Below, one piece after another: positions 61,501 to 64,000 of a stretch of DNA of 64,000 bases. The DNA is from Eledone cirrhosa (lineage: Eukaryota). The stretch covers positions 210,304,001 to 210,368,000 of the forward strand of contig OZ024743.1 of NCBI GenBank assembly GCA_964016885.1, read 5' to 3'. The number at the start of each line of letters is the position of its first letter. Position 1 is the stretch's first letter. Both the position numbers and the translations under genes were made by a program. The notes below the pieces were generated by a model. The model ran no database searches. It was not told where the DNA came from and saw only the letters and a program-made list of their open reading frames with translations.

Positions 61501-64000
61501 CTATGGCCACAGATGAAAGCTCTTCACTCCATAAGATATACCACAGTTAACCATCCTATAGCCACAGATGAAAGCTCTTCACTCCATAAGATATACCACA
61601 GTTTACCATCCTATAGCCACACATGAAAGCTCTTCACTCCATAAGATATACCACAGTTTACCATCCTATAGTCACACATGAAAGCTCTTCACTCCATAAG
61701 ATATAACACAGTTTACCATCCTATAGCCAGATGAAAGCTTTTCACTCCATAAGATATACCACAGTTTACCATCCTATAGCCACAGTTGAAAGCTCTTCAC
61801 TCCATAAGATATACCACAGTTTACCATCCTATAGCCACAGATGAAAGCTCTTCACTCCATAAGATATACCACAGTTTACCATCCTATAGCCACAGATGAA
61901 AGCTGTTCACTCCATAAGATATACCACAGTTTACCATCCTATAGCCACACATGAAAGCTCATCACTCCATAAGATATACCACAGTTTACCATCATATAGC
62001 CATACATGAAAGCTCTTCACTCCATAAGATATACCACAGTTTACCATCCTATAGCCAGATGAAAGCTCTTCACTCCATAAGATATACCACAGTTTACCAT
62101 CCTATAGCCACAGATGAAAGCTGTTCACTCCATAAGATATACCACAGTTTACCATCCTATAGCCAGATGAAAGCTCTTCACTCCATAAGATATACCACAG
62201 TTTACCATCCTATAGCCACAGATGAAAGCTCTTCACTCCATAAGATATACCACAGTTTACCATCCTATAGCCACAGATGAAAGCTTTTCACTCCATAAGA
62301 TATACCACATTTTACCATCCTATAGCCACAGATGAAAGCTCTTCACTCCATAAGATATACCACAGTTTACCATCCTATAGCCACACATGAAAGCTCTTCA
62401 CTCCATAAGATACACCACAGTTTACCATCCTATAGCCACACATGAAAGCCCTTCACCCCATAAGATATACCACAGTTTACCATCCTATAGCCACACATGA
62501 AAACTCTTCATTCCATAAGATATACCACAGTTTACCATCCTATAGCCAGATGAAAGCTCTTCACTCCATAAGATATACGACAGTTTACCATCCTATAGCC
62601 ACACATGAAAGCTCTTCAATCCATAAGATATACCTCAGTTTACCATCTCATAGCCACACATGAAAGCTCTTCACTCCATAAGATATACCACAGTTTACCA
62701 TCCTATGGCCACAAATGAAAGCTCTTCACCCCATAAGATATACCACTGTTTACCATCCTATGGCCACACATGAAAGCTCTTCACTCCATCAGATATACCA
62801 AAGTTTACCATCCTATGGCCACAGATGAAAGCTCTTCACTCCATAATATATACCACAGTTTACCATCCTACAGCCACAGATGAAAGCTTTTCACTCCATA
62901 AGATATACCACCGTTTACCATCCTATAGCCACAGATGAAAGCTCTTCACTCCATAAGATATACCACAGTTTACCATCCTATAGCCACAGATGAAAGCTCT
63001 TCAGTCCATAAGATATACCACAGTTTAACATCCTATAGTCAGATGAAAGTTCTTCACTCCATAAGATATACCACAGTATACCATCCTATAGCCACAAATG
63101 AAAGCTCTTCACTCCATAAGATATACCACAGTTTACCATCCTATAGCCACTGATGAAAGTTCTTCACTCCATAAGATATACCACAGTTTACCATCCTATA
63201 GCCACACATGAAAGCTCTTCACTCCATAAGATATACCACAGTTTACCTTCCTATAGCCAGATAAAAGCTCTTCACTCCATTAGATATACCAGTTTACCAT
63301 CCTATAGCCACATATGAAAGCTCTTCACTCCATAAGATATACCACAGTTCACCATCCTATAGCCAGATGAAAGCTCTTCACTCCATAAGATATACCACAG
63401 TTTACCGTCCTATAGCCACAGATGAACGCTCTTCACCCCATAAGATATACCACAGTTTACCATCCTATGGCTACACTTGAAAGCTCTTCACTCCATAAGA
63501 TATACCACAGTTTACCATCCTATGGCCACACATGAAAGCTCTTCACCCCATAAGATATACCACAGTTTACAATCCTATGGCCACAGTTGAAAGCTCCTCA
63601 CTCCATAAGATATATCACAGTTTACCACCCTATAGCCACACATGAAAGCACTTCACTCCATAAGATATACCTCAGATTACCATCCTATATCCACACATGA
63701 GAGCTCTTCACTCCGTAAGATATACCACAGTTTACCATCCTATAGCCAGATGAAAGCTCTTCACCCCATAAGATATACCACAGTTTACCATTCTATAGCC
63801 ACAGATGAAAGCTCTTCACTCTATAAGATATACCACAGTTTACCATCCTATAGCCACACATGAAAGCTCTTCACTCCATAAGATATACCACAGTTTACCA
63901 TCCTACAGCCACAGATGAAAGCTCTTTACTCCATAAGATATACCGCAGTTTACCATCCTATAGCCACACATGAGAGCTCTTCACTCCATAAGATATACCA

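Larger units (their letters stand above)
1..64000. repeat. Tandem satellite array, 55-bp monomer (with 53-bp and 60-bp variants), ~1,170 copies, extends beyond both window edges
   Basis: The consensus TTTACCATCCTATAGCCACASATGAAAGCTCTTCACTCCATAAGATATACCACAG recurs head-to-tail from base 1 to base 64000, mostly with 0-3 substitutions per copy. No non-repeat sequence or inversion was seen. Consensus composition with the G allele is A19 T14 C16 G6. Confidence 0.99.

Noticed and set aside
132-63863. All plus-strand ORFs in the track (63-181 aa) as protein-coding genes
   Set aside because: They are translations of two frames of the monomer, joined wherever a 53-mer (or 60-mer) skips the stop-containing frame. 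The 55-bp unit is not a multiple of 3, and there are no recognisable domains, unique termini or signs of codon-level constraint.
1-64000. CRISPR array
   Set aside because: There are no unique spacers, since the entire unit is repeated. No leader or cas genes are present.
1-64000. Diversity-generating or antigenic-variation cassette array, or frameshift-encoded giant repeat protein
   Set aside because: Variation consists of scattered substitutions inherited in duplicated blocks. It is not adenine-targeted or confined to a variable segment, and no reverse transcriptase, recombinase or expression locus is present.
1-64000. Tandem tRNA, 5S rRNA, snRNA or spliced-leader gene array
   Set aside because: The unit is only 55 bp, with no cloverleaf, Pol III A/B boxes, Sm site or oligo-T terminator.
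1-64000. Telomerase-synthesised telomeric repeat
   Set aside because: The C-rich/G-rich strand skew is suggestive, but the unit is far longer than known telomerase repeats and variants propagate in kb-scale blocks. A subtelomeric or recombination-maintained terminal location cannot be excluded from this window.
1-64000. Transposon insertion or inversion within the array
   Set aside because: I saw no non-monomer sequence, terminal inverted repeats, target-site duplications or reverse-orientation monomers.
1-64000. Sequencing concatemer (rolling-circle) artefact
   Set aside because: Variants are shared in hierarchical, collinear blocks at several scales. That pattern fits evolutionary duplication, not random read error on one template.

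Overview
The whole 64 kb window is one uninterrupted head-to-tail tandem array (satellite or large minisatellite DNA) of a 55-bp monomer, about 1,170 copies, all in the same orientation. The consensus is TTTACCATCCTATAGCCACA(G/C)ATGAAAGCTCTTCACTCCATAAGATATACCACAG (40% GC, C-rich plus strand, no CpG). Length variants are a common 53-mer (CA deletion), a rare 60-mer (GCCAC duplication) and a few 52/54-mers. I found no unique sequence, genes, RNA genes, transposons or CRISPR spacers. All listed ORFs are translation artefacts of the repeat. The real structure lies in the order of monomer variants. They define nested higher-order duplications (165 bp, 440 bp, ~1.8 kb, 3.1 kb, 4.1 kb, ~6.5 kb) and three haplotype domains, and the two more diverged ends of the window appear related to each other. 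The organisation is typical of eukaryotic satellite DNA, but I cannot name the family or organism. The sequence does not support a new gene-based biological system. Boundaries of the higher-order units were read by eye and are approximate to about one or two monomers.
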